Shown here one piece after another: positions 9,061-18,481 of a stretch of DNA of 34,036 nucleotides. Origin of the DNA: Candidatus Hermodarchaeota archaeon (GTDB lineage Archaea > Asgardarchaeota > Hermodarchaeia > Hermodarchaeales > Hermodarchaeaceae); NCBI GenBank assembly GCA_016840065.1, contig JAEOTB010000093.1, positions 1 through 34,036 of the forward strand. Direction: 5' to 3'. Every line of letters starts with the position of its first letter. Within the stretch, counting starts at the first letter, position 1. The translations under genes and the position numbers were made by a program. The notes under the pieces are model-generated. The model saw nothing but the letters and a program-made list of their open reading frames with translations. It had not been told where the DNA came from and made no database searches.

Positions 9061-9636
9061 ATGATATCATCCCCTCTTCTCTTCGCCACATCGAGCAAAC
9101 ATAAATTCATTGAAGCACAGGCTATTTTGGGAAAGGTCGGTATAGCTGTAGAACAACATCCGCACAGACCCCCTGAACTTCAAGCAAATTCCTTAGAGGA
9201 AATCGCTCGTCATAGTTGCTTACAAATATTTCAAGAAGTCAGACGAACTGTTTTTGTCGAAGATGCAGGGATGTTCATCCATGAACTAAACGGCTTCCCT
9301 GGACCCTACTCTCATTATGTGCTAGACACGATTGGAAATGAGGGCATTCTAAAATTGATGAAAGGGGTTGATGATCGGAAAGCAGTATTTCGTAGTGCAG
9401 TAGCATTCGCGAGTCCTGGTCAGCCATGCAGGATTTTCATTGGGGAAACTATAGGGTACATCACAGAAGAACAACGTGGCACTCATTGGGGCTTTGACCC
9501 AGTTTTTGTGCCAACCGAGGGAGATGGTCGCACCTATGCTGAGATGAGGTCAGAGAAGAATAGGTATTCCCACAGGGCTCGCGCACTTGCGAAACTAGCA
9601 GAGTGGCTCAGTAAACATGATGCTCTAACCACTTAA
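9061..9636 (+). CDS. rdgB: Non-canonical purine NTP pyrophosphatase (RdgB/HAM1, ITPase)
   Basis: FATSSKHK, VEDAG, LNGFPGPYS, GFDPVF, KNRYSHRARA. Confidence 0.95.
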   Translation: MISSPLLFATSSKHKFIEAQAILGKVGIAVEQHPHRPPELQANSLEEIARHSCLQIFQEVRRTVFVEDAGMFIHELNGFPGPYSHYVLDTIGNEGILKLMKGVDDRKAVFRSAVAFASPGQPCRIFIGETIGYITEEQRGTHWGFDPVFVPTEGDGRTYAEMRSEKNRYSHRARALAKLAEWLSKHDALTT

Positions 9637-9638
9637 AG

Positions 9639-9653
9639 GAGAATTCTTAAATA
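9639..9653 (+). promoter_or_regulatory. Putative BRE/TATA promoter for rps15
   Basis: GAGAATTCTTAAATA upstream of rps15. Confidence 0.55.
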
Positions 9654-9699
9654 GCGTTGTTCTAACCAGCTGAACGACACTAACTAAACAGTGATTCGA

Positions 9700-10155
9700 A
9701 TGGCAAGAATGCATACCTCAAAAAGAGGCAAATCCCATTCAACTAGACCGATTCGACTTGAGGTACCTGAATGGTGTACTCGAACCCCTGAAGAAGTTGT
9801 AGAACTAGTGATTAAACTATCCAAGCAGGGTCATCAACCTTCCAAGATTGGGCTATATCTACGAGACCAGTACGGGGTTCCTCTCTGTAAGGCTATCACA
9901 GGTAAAACCATCACGCAAATCCTCAAAGAGAATGATCAGGCGCTGAAAGTACCAGAGGATTTATTCCACCTTATCACTCGAGCCATCAATCTTCGCCGAC
10001 ATTTAGAAGAGGCTAGAAAGGACCTCCATTCTAGTTATGGACTCCGATTAATTGAAAGTAAAATCCGGCGCCTTGTCAAGTACTATCGCGGAAAAGGAGT
10101 TCTCCCCGCTGACTGGAAATATACTCCTTCAGAGGCTGCTCTTCTCATTCGGTAG
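9700..10155 (+). CDS. rps15: 30S ribosomal protein S15 (uS15/S13e)
   Basis: [41 protein letters not shown]. Confidence 0.97.
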   Translation: MARMHTSKRGKSHSTRPIRLEVPEWCTRTPEEVVELVIKLSKQGHQPSKIGLYLRDQYGVPLCKAITGKTITQILKENDQALKVPEDLFHLITRAINLRRHLEEARKDLHSSYGLRLIESKIRRLVKYYRGKGVLPADWKYTPSEAALLIR

Positions 10156-10257
10156 ACCTTCTCTCGTTTGAGAGAATTCTTATAGAAGCTTCTTCGAGTT
10201 ATACTCAAGCTAGAAGAGTCTTTCAAGAAGGCGCTGGCACGATTTTGGCTGATTTCA

Positions 10258-11733
10258 TTGACAAAGAATCTAGAACGTTTCTTAGAACTTGCGGATGCGG
10301 CGGCTGGGTATATCGATGATTGGATTAGTGCCAAAGAACAGATTTTTGTAACTTCGCACCTCGACTCGGATGGGCTCTCCGCTGCAGGAATCATTGGAGC
10401 AGCATTACATCGACGAGGAGCATACTTTCAGTTACGAATCATTCGTCAACTCGACCGCGCCTACCTATCTAATATTTCTACAGAAGGTCCTAGACGCTAT
10501 ATTTTCAGTGATCTTGGAAGCGGTCAATTACATCATATCGAATCAGCTCTAATAGATGCGCCAACAGTAATTCTAGATCATCATCCACCTTCTATCAAGA
10601 ACACTTCCAAAAATATCCGACAGGTGAACCCGCATCTCTGTGGCTTTGATGGGACTCATGAGATATCTGGTGCTGGTGTGGCTTACTTGGTTGCTAGACA
10701 TCTGGGTGCATCCAATGAGGATTTGGCTGCATTAGCAGTAGTCGGTGCTATCGGTGATGTTCAAGATAGGGGTGAAAAACATACTCTGCTAAGCTTGAAT
10801 AAGGATATCATTGTCGAAGATGCAGTGGCAGCAGATGTCCTTGAAGCAGCAACCGATATCCGCGTGTTTGGACGGGAAACTCGTCCGATACACAAAGCCC
10901 TGCAGTATACTAGTGACCCTTTCATACCTGGTATTAGCAACGATTCAGAGGGGGCCCTTTCCTTTCTATCTGATATTGGGATTGAACTAAAAGATGGTGA
11001 TCGCTGGCGTACCATCGCATCATTGTCGAAGGAGGAGAAACGTCAACTCAATACGGCTCTAATAACTTACATGTTGAAAAGAAATATACCTGCCCGGGAA
11101 GCTCAGTCAATCATAGGACGGGTCTATACTCTTAAACGGGAGAATCCGGGCAGTTTCCTGAGAGATGCTAGAGAGTTCTCTACTCTTCTCAACGCGTGCG
11201 GTCGTTCGGATCAAGGCGGAGTGGGTGTTGCTATCTGTATGGGTGATCGTGGAAGTTTGTACCGAAAGGCTGAAGCTATTCTTAAAGAACACCGCCGTCA
11301 ACTGGCAGAAGGTCTTTCTTGGCTTGTTGAAGATTCAGGTTCTGTTGAAAGTCGGCGGCTCCTCCAAACGTTCCATTCGCGTGACAAAATTACGGAAACC
11401 CTCGTTGGTTCGATAGCTAGTATGGCTCTCTTTTCACGGATTTTAGATTGGACAAAGCCAGTGATTGCCTTTGCCTTTACTACAGATGGCCGTGTTAAGG
11501 TATCAGCCCGGACCACTCAATCCGTAATAAAATCAGGTGTCCATCTAGGTGAAATCATGCGTCTAGCATGTGAGGAAATCGGTAGCGGCTCAGAGGGTGG
11601 TGGTCACAGTATCGCTGCAGGAGCCACAATACCCAGAGGATCAGAGGAGCGGTTTCTCGAAATCGCCGAACGACTACTTGCTAAGCAGCTGGGTCAGACG
11701 AAAGAAGTCCCCCCACCTAGTGAAGGAGCATAA
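10258..11733 (+). CDS. RecJ-like DHH/DHHA1 nuclease
   Basis: HLDSDG, DLGSG, LDHH, EFSTLLNACGR, KVSAR, GGGHSIAAG; canonical rps15-recJ-rps3ae synteny. Confidence 0.92.
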   Translation: MTKNLERFLELADAAAGYIDDWISAKEQIFVTSHLDSDGLSAAGIIGAALHRRGAYFQLRIIRQLDRAYLSNISTEGPRRYIFSDLGSGQLHHIESALIDAPTVILDHHPPSIKNTSKNIRQVNPHLCGFDGTHEISGAGVAYLVARHLGASNEDLAALAVVGAIGDVQDRGEKHTLLSLNKDIIVEDAVAADVLEAATDIRVFGRETRPIHKALQYTSDPFIPGISNDSEGALSFLSDIGIELKDGDRWRTIASLSKEEKRQLNTALITYMLKRNIPAREAQSIIGRVYTLKRENPGSFLRDAREFSTLLNACGRSDQGGVGVAICMGDRGSLYRKAEAILKEHRRQLAEGLSWLVEDSGSVESRRLLQTFHSRDKITETLVGSIASMALFSRILDWTKPVIAFAFTTDGRVKVSARTTQSVIKSGVHLGEIMRLACEEIGSGSEGGGHSIAAGATIPRGSEERFLEIAERLLAKQLGQTKEVPPPSEGA

Positions 11734-11737
11734 GCTG

Positions 11738-11753
11738 AGGAAACTTATAAATA
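11738..11753 (+). promoter_or_regulatory. Putative BRE/TATA promoter for rps3ae
   Basis: AGGAAACTTATAAATA. Confidence 0.55.
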
Positions 11754-11816
11754 GCTGAGCCCAGTTCCTGCACCTTCACCACTCCGATTAAAATAACCAT
11801 AACTAGTGAATCTGTA

Positions 11817-12413
11817 ATGAGTCGTTCATCTCGTGTTCGTGATAAATGGCGAGAGAAGCGCTGGTACACAATAATTGCGCCTTCCTCTTTCGGCAACATC
11901 GGAATAGGGGAAACACCAGCTGGAAGTCCAAAACACCTTGTTGGAAGAAGAATCGAAACAACACTCTACGCTATTTCTGGTGATTTCAACCAAATTCACA
12001 TCAAACTCTATTTCCAGATAAACGAAGTGAAAGGTGAAAACGCATACGCCCATTTCGCTGGTCACGACTTCACTCGCGATTATCTTCGAAGCCTCGTTCG
12101 AAGGGGAAGCAGTCGTATTGACGGAATCTTTGATGTGACGACAAAGGACGGTTATCGCCTCCGAATATATGCAATTGCGTTTCCGGTGCGGCGCGCGAAA
12201 ACCACTCAACAATCAGCCATTAGAAAGATTATGCAGGAAATCGTGATGAAGCGCGCGTCAGATTTAACGTTTGACGCATTCGTTCAAGAGTGTGTCCTAG
12301 GCAAGATTGGTAGTGATATCTACAATCGAGCAAAGATAGTTTTCCCCCTAAGGAAATGCGAAATCAGAAAGAGCAAACTACTTGCAATGCCAACGGTAGA
12401 ATCTCACGATTGA
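11817..12413 (+). CDS. rps3ae: 30S ribosomal protein S3ae (eS1)
   Basis: DKWREKRWY, TRDYLRSLVRRGSSRID, TKDGY, FPLRKCEIRKSK. Confidence 0.97.
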   Translation: MSRSSRVRDKWREKRWYTIIAPSSFGNIGIGETPAGSPKHLVGRRIETTLYAISGDFNQIHIKLYFQINEVKGENAYAHFAGHDFTRDYLRSLVRRGSSRIDGIFDVTTKDGYRLRIYAIAFPVRRAKTTQQSAIRKIMQEIVMKRASDLTFDAFVQECVLGKIGSDIYNRAKIVFPLRKCEIRKSKLLAMPTVESHD

Positions 12414-12613
12414 TAGCGCGCGAATATTGCAAGACTTTACAGAAAGACTACCCTCCGTGGATTGGAGGGATAACATCTCGTTGTCCCTCGTTTCTGCCCT
12501 CGCTCTGGGGTGCTTTCGTAAACGTTTCACGCCGACTAAAAACAGAAATATTGAAAAAAGAAGCAATAAGGCTTATTAATGACGAATACTGATTTAAGTC
12601 TGGTTGGGCTAAT

Positions 12614-12898
12614 ATGTTTGCACGAACACTTCAGAGTCAGGGATTCTGGAAAGCAAGATCAACTGAAAACGGAAAAGGACGACGGGTATTCCTGAAACAT
12701 GATCTCTACCTAGGCGGTATCTATGTCGAGGTCATGAACAAAGTTGCGATTGTGCGGATTCATGAGCTAGGTCTCGTACGGGTCTTTAAGAGGGCAAAAG
12801 CCCTACGGGTTTTCTTAGCTGAACTTGAAGCAATGAAGGGTCGCCTTGCGGTCGAGTCGCCACCGTTGGGTGCTCTTGTTCATCTTTCTGACGAATAG
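12614..12898 (+). CDS. Hypothetical protein, 94 aa
   Basis: ATG ORF occupying an otherwise empty gap; TTATTAAT TATA-like box at about 12573-12580; amphipathic alpha/beta pattern. Confidence 0.6.
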   Translation: MFARTLQSQGFWKARSTENGKGRRVFLKHDLYLGGIYVEVMNKVAIVRIHELGLVRVFKRAKALRVFLAELEAMKGRLAVESPPLGALVHLSDE

Positions 12899-13008
12899 AA
12901 GGTAATACCTCTCAGATTGTCGTTCCTGAAACTATGAAAAGCTATTTCAGCAGCTGGAAGCACTAGTTATTGTATCGTAATCGTCGTATATCATCAAATT
13001 GATTCTAT

Positions 13009-14574
13009 GTGGTCCAGTTGCCCAAGATTCTTCGAGAGCGTAACGTTGTCAAGAAAGATTGGAGAAAAGTCAAACTCCGAATAGCGCTTTGTTATCCAAA
13101 TGTGTATGCAGCAGGAATGACAAGTCTAGCGACGCATCTTCTCTATTACTTGTTCAATCGTCGAGATGATGTTGCTTGTGAGAGGGTTTTCTATGAGGCG
13201 AATGAAGTACCCTATTCTTTGGAATCAAGGCAACCACTATCACGTTTTGATATTGTTGCATTTTCTCTCCAGTTCGAAGTGGATTACACTCATGCGGTGG
13301 AGATGTTGCTCCGCTCTGGTATTCCTCCTTTGGCAGCTGAGCGTCGTCGACCTTGGGTTATTGCAGGTGGCCCTTGTGCAATGGAAAATCCTTTCCCTAT
13401 GCTTCCCTTTGTTGATGTCTTTCTTATCGGTGACTTGGAACCAGTATGCGATTCGCTCTTGGATGCTTTGATTCAAGCGAAATCACAAACAGAACTTGAT
13501 TCCTTGTTAGGTGAGGTGTTCTTTCTTTCAGGGCGTAATAAAGCGCAACGAGCTATCATATCCAACCTTGATGAGGCGCCACATTCAACTTGTCAAGTAC
13601 TTCCCGAGCCTCCCTATCCCTCAACTATGGAACCTGCATTTGGGCGAAGTCTCCTAGTGGAAGTTTCGCGAGGGTGTAACCGGCGCTGTAATTTCTGCCT
13701 AACTAGCTACCAAAACAGCCCCTGCCGAGAACGTAGCTTGACCACACTCGAGAACATCATTGACGAGGGAGTATACTGCACCGGAGTTGAAAAAATAGCA
13801 CTAATTGCTTCAGGCATAACTGATTACTCACAATTTGGTAGTCTGATAAACTCCATTCTCTCTAGAGGTCTACATCTCTCAATTCCAGCACTCCGAGCTG
13901 ATTTAGCTGATTTATCTATTCTTGAAATGATATCTCAAGGGGGTCAACGAACCTTGACCCTTGCACCAGAGGCTGGCTCACAAGGACTACGCGATATCTT
14001 AGCAAAAGGGATTCCCGACATAGATTTCAACAATATCATGGAAGCGGCAATCAAATCAGGATTCAATATGTTCAAGCTTTACTTCCTAATTGGTTTACCT
14101 ACGGAAACAGAAGAAGACATCACAGCGATATCAAAATTCAGCAAAAACCTTCAAAAAATATCACCACAGCGTCATAGACTCCACGTCAGTGTTTCACCGT
14201 TTATTCCCAAGCCACATACTCCCTTCCAATGGTTTGGCCTCACACCACTACCTATATTGAAGAAGCGACTATCGAAGCTCAAAAAGGAACTTCGCGTTGG
14301 TAGAATGAAATTAGATTTGGCAAATCCACGATGGAGTGTTATTCAATCTGCCCTTTCAAAGGGAACATCTGATTTAGCACCCTTGATTCTTGCTGTAGCA
14401 CAAGAAGGACGGCAAACGGCGGGAACGTGGTTTCATGCTGCAAAAGAACTTGGAATAAACCTAGAAACTCTGGCGACAAAGCAGCTCTCCACTCAGGACT
14501 CGTTACCATGGGAAATACTGGATGTAGGGATTGAACGCAATACTTTATTGCGTAGGTTCAGGAAATTAGCTTGA
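13009..14574 (+). CDS. Radical SAM protein with N-terminal B12-binding-like domain (COG1032-type)
   Basis: SRGCNRRCNFC CxxxCxxC, IALCYPNVY, AGGP, LAPEAGS, YFLIGLPTET, FIPKPHTPFQW. Confidence 0.9.
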   Translation: MVQLPKILRERNVVKKDWRKVKLRIALCYPNVYAAGMTSLATHLLYYLFNRRDDVACERVFYEANEVPYSLESRQPLSRFDIVAFSLQFEVDYTHAVEMLLRSGIPPLAAERRRPWVIAGGPCAMENPFPMLPFVDVFLIGDLEPVCDSLLDALIQAKSQTELDSLLGEVFFLSGRNKAQRAIISNLDEAPHSTCQVLPEPPYPSTMEPAFGRSLLVEVSRGCNRRCNFCLTSYQNSPCRERSLTTLENIIDEGVYCTGVEKIALIASGITDYSQFGSLINSILSRGLHLSIPALRADLADLSILEMISQGGQRTLTLAPEAGSQGLRDILAKGIPDIDFNNIMEAAIKSGFNMFKLYFLIGLPTETEEDITAISKFSKNLQKISPQRHRLHVSVSPFIPKPHTPFQWFGLTPLPILKKRLSKLKKELRVGRMKLDLANPRWSVIQSALSKGTSDLAPLILAVAQEGRQTAGTWFHAAKELGINLETLATKQLSTQDSLPWEILDVGIERNTLLRRFRKLA

Positions 14575-15027
14575 ATGTTAGCAAGATGGGTGAACATGTT
14601 GGTAAAAGAAAAAAGCAAGGCACGTAGAATACAAGATGGTGAAAGACAGGCTCCAGAAACAGAAAGGCAGGATTCGAAGGCTGATCAATGGCAAGAATTT
14701 CGAAGACGATTCCCTCATCTCGCAACAGAGCTTGAAGCTTCACAATCTCGTGTACGTATTGACGGAGTACGCTGGGAGGATGCTGATCAAACACCAGCAG
14801 ATGTCTCACCCTCTCATGGAAAGCTAGCGGGCTATTCACCTGATCCGATTGATTTCATTCGTCGATGCGAAACGAAAGAACAAGCACTTGAAATCATCGC
14901 CTTCTTAGAGAAAAGAAAGGAAATCGATGCAGCCTATGCAGAATCCCTAAGGCATCAGCTACAAACCCGTGGTCTTCAGAGCTTTGGATCAAGAAAAACA
15001 TGGGGATATTACGAGCGGGAAGGCTAA
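14575..15027 (+). CDS. DUF2095-family protein (start may be 14596/14599)
   Basis: EFRRRFPHLAxEL, GYSPDPIDFIRRCET, LQSFGSRKTWGYY. Confidence 0.8.
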   Translation: MLARWVNMLVKEKSKARRIQDGERQAPETERQDSKADQWQEFRRRFPHLATELEASQSRVRIDGVRWEDADQTPADVSPSHGKLAGYSPDPIDFIRRCETKEQALEIIAFLEKRKEIDAAYAESLRHQLQTRGLQSFGSRKTWGYYEREG

Positions 15028-15030
15028 CAA

Positions 15031-16236
15031 CTAATGAGTAGCTGCTGCAGCTACTATGCGAATCACATCATTGGCTTGAAGCTCGTAACTTTCACTTAAT
15101 CGCTTCTTAGTTCTAGCATCTAAGGCGTGGATGAATGTTTCACCTAAATCGGTATGTATTTTGTAAGCAAGTTGCTTTGTCGTTGTACCTTGAGGCACCA
15201 GATAAACATCTGGAAGTACGTTTCCGTCATGGTCGCATAGCTTCCCAATATCTTCTACCGGATAGACTGGGATTAAGTGGAGCACATCGAAAACAATTGT
15301 GTTAACAACACGTTGTACACCCGTTGATCCGTATTGATTCAGTATTTCTTGTTGTAATCGTTCAAGTTGTTGCTTTTCAGTCTCGCTAAGAGCTTCAGAT
15401 TGAAGGATTTTAAAACACGAATCGCCTGGCTGATATTCTATGACGCCTTTCTCTCCCAGTGTTCGAAGAGCAAACTCGCTTGCTGCGCTGCAAGGGATAA
15501 TCTGGTAACCAGATAATTGTTGAAGCTTTTCCAAATGAGCTGATGCTTGTGGCCGGTCCACTTTATTCGCTGCTATTACCATAGGCTTAGCATGACCTCT
15601 AAGAACTTGGGCGAAGGAATATAGATCCGAGTCCGACCAGCTTGTAGGCTTTGTTTTTAATTTAGATTCTTGCAGTGCTGCGCGAATCGTCTTTTCCTCA
15701 ATATTCAGTCCAGAGAGCTTCTCTGCTAGAAGGCTGCTGATGTTGAGTCTTTCAGTTTCTGCACGTCTTGATATACGTCGCCAATCTCGCTGAATAATCT
15801 GTACAATCCACATCGCGATTTCCCGTTCTAGGAACTCTACATCTTTCCGTGGATCCCACGAGCCAGGTTCAACATCACGACCCTCTGCGTCAAGTGACCC
15901 AGAAGCATCAACAACATGAATGAAAGCGTCAGCGCGGCGTAATTCGTCAAGGAATTGGTTTCCTCGACCGCGCCCGGTGTGGGCGTCTGGAACTAGCCCT
16001 GCAACATCCAGCATATCTACTGGTACAAATCGTGTTCCCTCACGACACACTGAGTTATTTGGATTGTCTTGCACTCCAAACTCTTTACACACACAATCAA
16101 TCCTAACAAAGGCGGTGCCTGGATTCGGCTCGATTGTCGTGAAAGGGTAAGCACCGATTTTCGCTGCAGTGCGACAAGCCGCATTGAGGAATGTCGATTT
16201 TCCGCTACTCGGTTTGCCTACAATACCAACGAGCAT
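15031..16236 (-). CDS. ychF: YchF/OBG-family translation-associated GTPase/ATPase with TGS domain
   Basis: GIVGKPSSGKST, YPFTTIEPN, DVAGLVPDAH, ANKVD, IHTDLG. Confidence 0.93.
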   Translation of the reverse strand: MLVGIVGKPSSGKSTFLNAACRTAAKIGAYPFTTIEPNPGTAFVRIDCVCKEFGVQDNPNNSVCREGTRFVPVDMLDVAGLVPDAHTGRGRGNQFLDELRRADAFIHVVDASGSLDAEGRDVEPGSWDPRKDVEFLEREIAMWIVQIIQRDWRRISRRAETERLNISSLLAEKLSGLNIEEKTIRAALQESKLKTKPTSWSDSDLYSFAQVLRGHAKPMVIAANKVDRPQASAHLEKLQQLSGYQIIPCSAASEFALRTLGEKGVIEYQPGDSCFKILQSEALSETEKQQLERLQQEILNQYGSTGVQRVVNTIVFDVLHLIPVYPVEDIGKLCDHDGNVLPDVYLVPQGTTTKQLAYKIHTDLGETFIHALDARTKKRLSESYELQANDVIRIVAAAATH

Positions 16237-16329
16237 AATACTAACCTATTACCGTAATATGGTGTGACCATAAGATAAATCAAATGATTTTTCTTCATTG
16301 AAACATCAAATCCATTTCAGGTGAAAAAA

Positions 16330-17265
16330 ATGGCACGAAAGGGTCGAGTCTTGGTAACAGATCCCGTTCATAAAAACGCTATATCCCACATGAAAACATC
16401 AGGGCTAGATGTTACGGTTCGTACTGACGTTTCCGCTGAGGAATTGAAACAAATCATCAGTGAATATGATGCAATTGTCGTTCGAGGGCGTACAAAGGTA
16501 ACAAGTGAGGTAATTACAGCTGGTCAGCGACTGAAGGTTATTGGGAGATCCGGTGTGGGATTGGATAATGTTGACCGTGCGGCAGCCAAAGAGCGTGGTA
16601 TTCACGTAGTAAATTCTCCTGAAGGGCCTTCAGTGTCTGTCGCAGAGTTGGCTTTTGCCCTGATGTTCAGTGTTCTTCGTAGAGTGGCATTCGCAGATCA
16701 GGGAATGAGGGCGGGTAAGTGGTTGAAGAAAGCCTGTAAAGGTAACGAGTTGAAGGGAAGGACACTTGGTATCATAGGGTTTGGGTTTATTGGTGAAGAA
16801 GTAGCAAAACGAGCTCTAGCCTTTGGGATGAAAGTGTTTGCCTTCGATATACTTCCAGATCGCATTGAAGTGATTAAAGCAATTGGGGCAGAATATATGC
16901 CACTCAAGGATTTGATTGCTAATTCCGATATTCTATCAGTTCATGTGCCCTTGAACCCGAAAACTAAGGGTCTAGTTGGGGCAGCCGAAATTTCTACGAT
17001 GCGAGACGGAGCAATAATAATCAACACATCTAGAGGAGGCATTGTGGATGAGAAAGCGCTTTACCATGCTCTAGTCTCTGAGAAACTAGGTGGCGCAGGG
17101 TTAGATGTGTTTTCTGAAGAGCCGCCATTTGAAAACGAACTCCTCCGGAAAATAATCGCGCTCCCTAATGTGGTAGCAACACCGCATATCGGGGCACAGA
17201 CCATAGAAGCCGAACTTACTAACTCGATGATAATAGCAGAGAAAATTCTGAAGCATCTAAAATAA
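16330..17265 (+). CDS. D-2-hydroxyacid dehydrogenase (short D-3-phosphoglycerate dehydrogenase-like, no ACT domain)
   Basis: GRSGVGLDNVD, GIIGFGFIG, INTSRGG, LDVFSEEP, TPHIGAQT; AGGTGA SD before ATG 16330. Confidence 0.9.
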   Translation: MARKGRVLVTDPVHKNAISHMKTSGLDVTVRTDVSAEELKQIISEYDAIVVRGRTKVTSEVITAGQRLKVIGRSGVGLDNVDRAAAKERGIHVVNSPEGPSVSVAELAFALMFSVLRRVAFADQGMRAGKWLKKACKGNELKGRTLGIIGFGFIGEEVAKRALAFGMKVFAFDILPDRIEVIKAIGAEYMPLKDLIANSDILSVHVPLNPKTKGLVGAAEISTMRDGAIIINTSRGGIVDEKALYHALVSEKLGGAGLDVFSEEPPFENELLRKIIALPNVVATPHIGAQTIEAELTNSMIIAEKILKHLK

Positions 17266-17284
17266 CGAGCTGTGCAATGTTCCC

Positions 17285-17298
17285 CGAAGATTTTTATA
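17285..17298 (+). promoter_or_regulatory. Putative BRE/TATA promoter of the rpl15e-exosome superoperon
   Basis: CGAAGATTTTTATA, a good BRE-TATA match. Confidence 0.6.
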
Positions 17299-17402
17299 GT
17301 GATTGGCGGTTCGCTAACTCCAACTGCCTTCCTATTGGGAGGTTAATGGCTTAGCTTCCTTTGATGCAGTTATTTCCCATACCTAGCGGAGATGTAGAAC
17401 CA

Positions 17403-17978
17403 ATGTACAAATATGTTGGAGAGCTGTACGCGCGTCACGAAAAAAACCTGAAAGAACTGATGTGGCAGCGCTTAATCAAGTGGCGGAAGCAACCTGCTAC
17501 AATTCGTGTCGATCGTCCCACTCGCATTGACCGAGCTCGCCAGATAGGCTATCGGGCTAAACAAGGCTACATCACTGTGCGTCAGAGAATTACTCGGGGT
17601 TCAAGACGAAAACCTCGTCCTACAATGGGACGGAAACCAAAGAAAATGGGAACAGTAAAGATTACTCCTGGTAAGAGTAGGCAATGGATAGCAGAAGAAC
17701 GCGCTGCTCGTAAATATCCAAATCTTCGAGTTATCGGCTCTTACTGGATAGCTGAAGATGGTAAATACATCTGGCATGAAATAATCTTTGTAGATCCTGC
17801 ACATCCCGTAATCAAAGCTGATTCTCGCATTAATTGGGTCTGCGACCCTGTACATAGAGGTCGCGTGTTCCGAGGGTTAACGCCAGCTGGAAAGACATCG
17901 AGAGGGCTACGAAAACACGGAACTGGTGCTGAGAAAATTCGACCAAGTATTCGTGCTCATCAGCGACGTGGTAAGTAG
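17403..17978 (+). CDS. rpl15e: 50S ribosomal protein L15e
   Basis: MYKY start, [18 protein letters not shown], [21 protein letters not shown]. Confidence 0.97.
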   Translation: MYKYVGELYARHEKNLKELMWQRLIKWRKQPATIRVDRPTRIDRARQIGYRAKQGYITVRQRITRGSRRKPRPTMGRKPKKMGTVKITPGKSRQWIAEERAARKYPNLRVIGSYWIAEDGKYIWHEIIFVDPAHPVIKADSRINWVCDPVHRGRVFRGLTPAGKTSRGLRKHGTGAEKIRPSIRAHQRRGK

Positions 17979-17986
17979 AATTATTA

Positions 17987-18469
17987 TTGAATGAACTTGA
18001 AGGGAGGGATATGCTGGTGCCAGAACCTGGGCTAACCAGCTTCTCAGCTAATACCTTTGTACATGCCACTGAGAGCGAGGAAAAAGTTCTAAACGCGATT
18101 AAAACACTCCTTAACGAGGAAGTGTGGGAAGCTGCTCAGGTCAAACGTAAATTATTGAAAGGGCATTTTCAAAACCCTCTGATAAGATTCACAGTCACAT
18201 TACATGACCGATCATTTATCGCTCAAACATTGCAATTCATTGGCACTCAAATTTCTACATTAGACCGAAAATATCTGCGACAGAATCTTGATTTACATTA
18301 TGATGGCAAGAGACAATTATTCCTTCGGTTCGACAAGCAAGCGGCTGCTCAAGGTGCCCTCCGGTTTATTAAGCAGGGAGACTCAATACGGTGCTCTGTG
18401 AAATTTTCAGGTCAACACTTTAACATTAATACTCTACGAGAGCTATGTCAAAGGTTCAATCTACTTTAA
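17987..18469 (+). CDS. Exosome-operon RNA-binding protein (COG1325/DUF54); start may be 18011/18017
   Basis: VHATESEEKV, GHFQNP, LFLRFDKQAA. Confidence 0.88.
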   Translation: MNELEGRDMLVPEPGLTSFSANTFVHATESEEKVLNAIKTLLNEEVWEAAQVKRKLLKGHFQNPLIRFTVTLHDRSFIAQTLQFIGTQISTLDRKYLRQNLDLHYDGKRQLFLRFDKQAAAQGALRFIKQGDSIRCSVKFSGQHFNINTLRELCQRFNLL

Positions 18470-18481
18470 GGGCGGTTTAGA

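Noticed and set aside
10160-10180. Hairpin TTCTCTC-gttt-GAGAGAA after rps15
   Set aside because: Short, overlaps a probable promoter for the recJ-like gene, and there is no further evidence of function
12414-12600. RNase P RNA-like words (GTGAAACG, GCAGAAAC) on the minus strand
   Set aside because: Wrong order, no GAGGAAAGUCC/P4 elements, region too short
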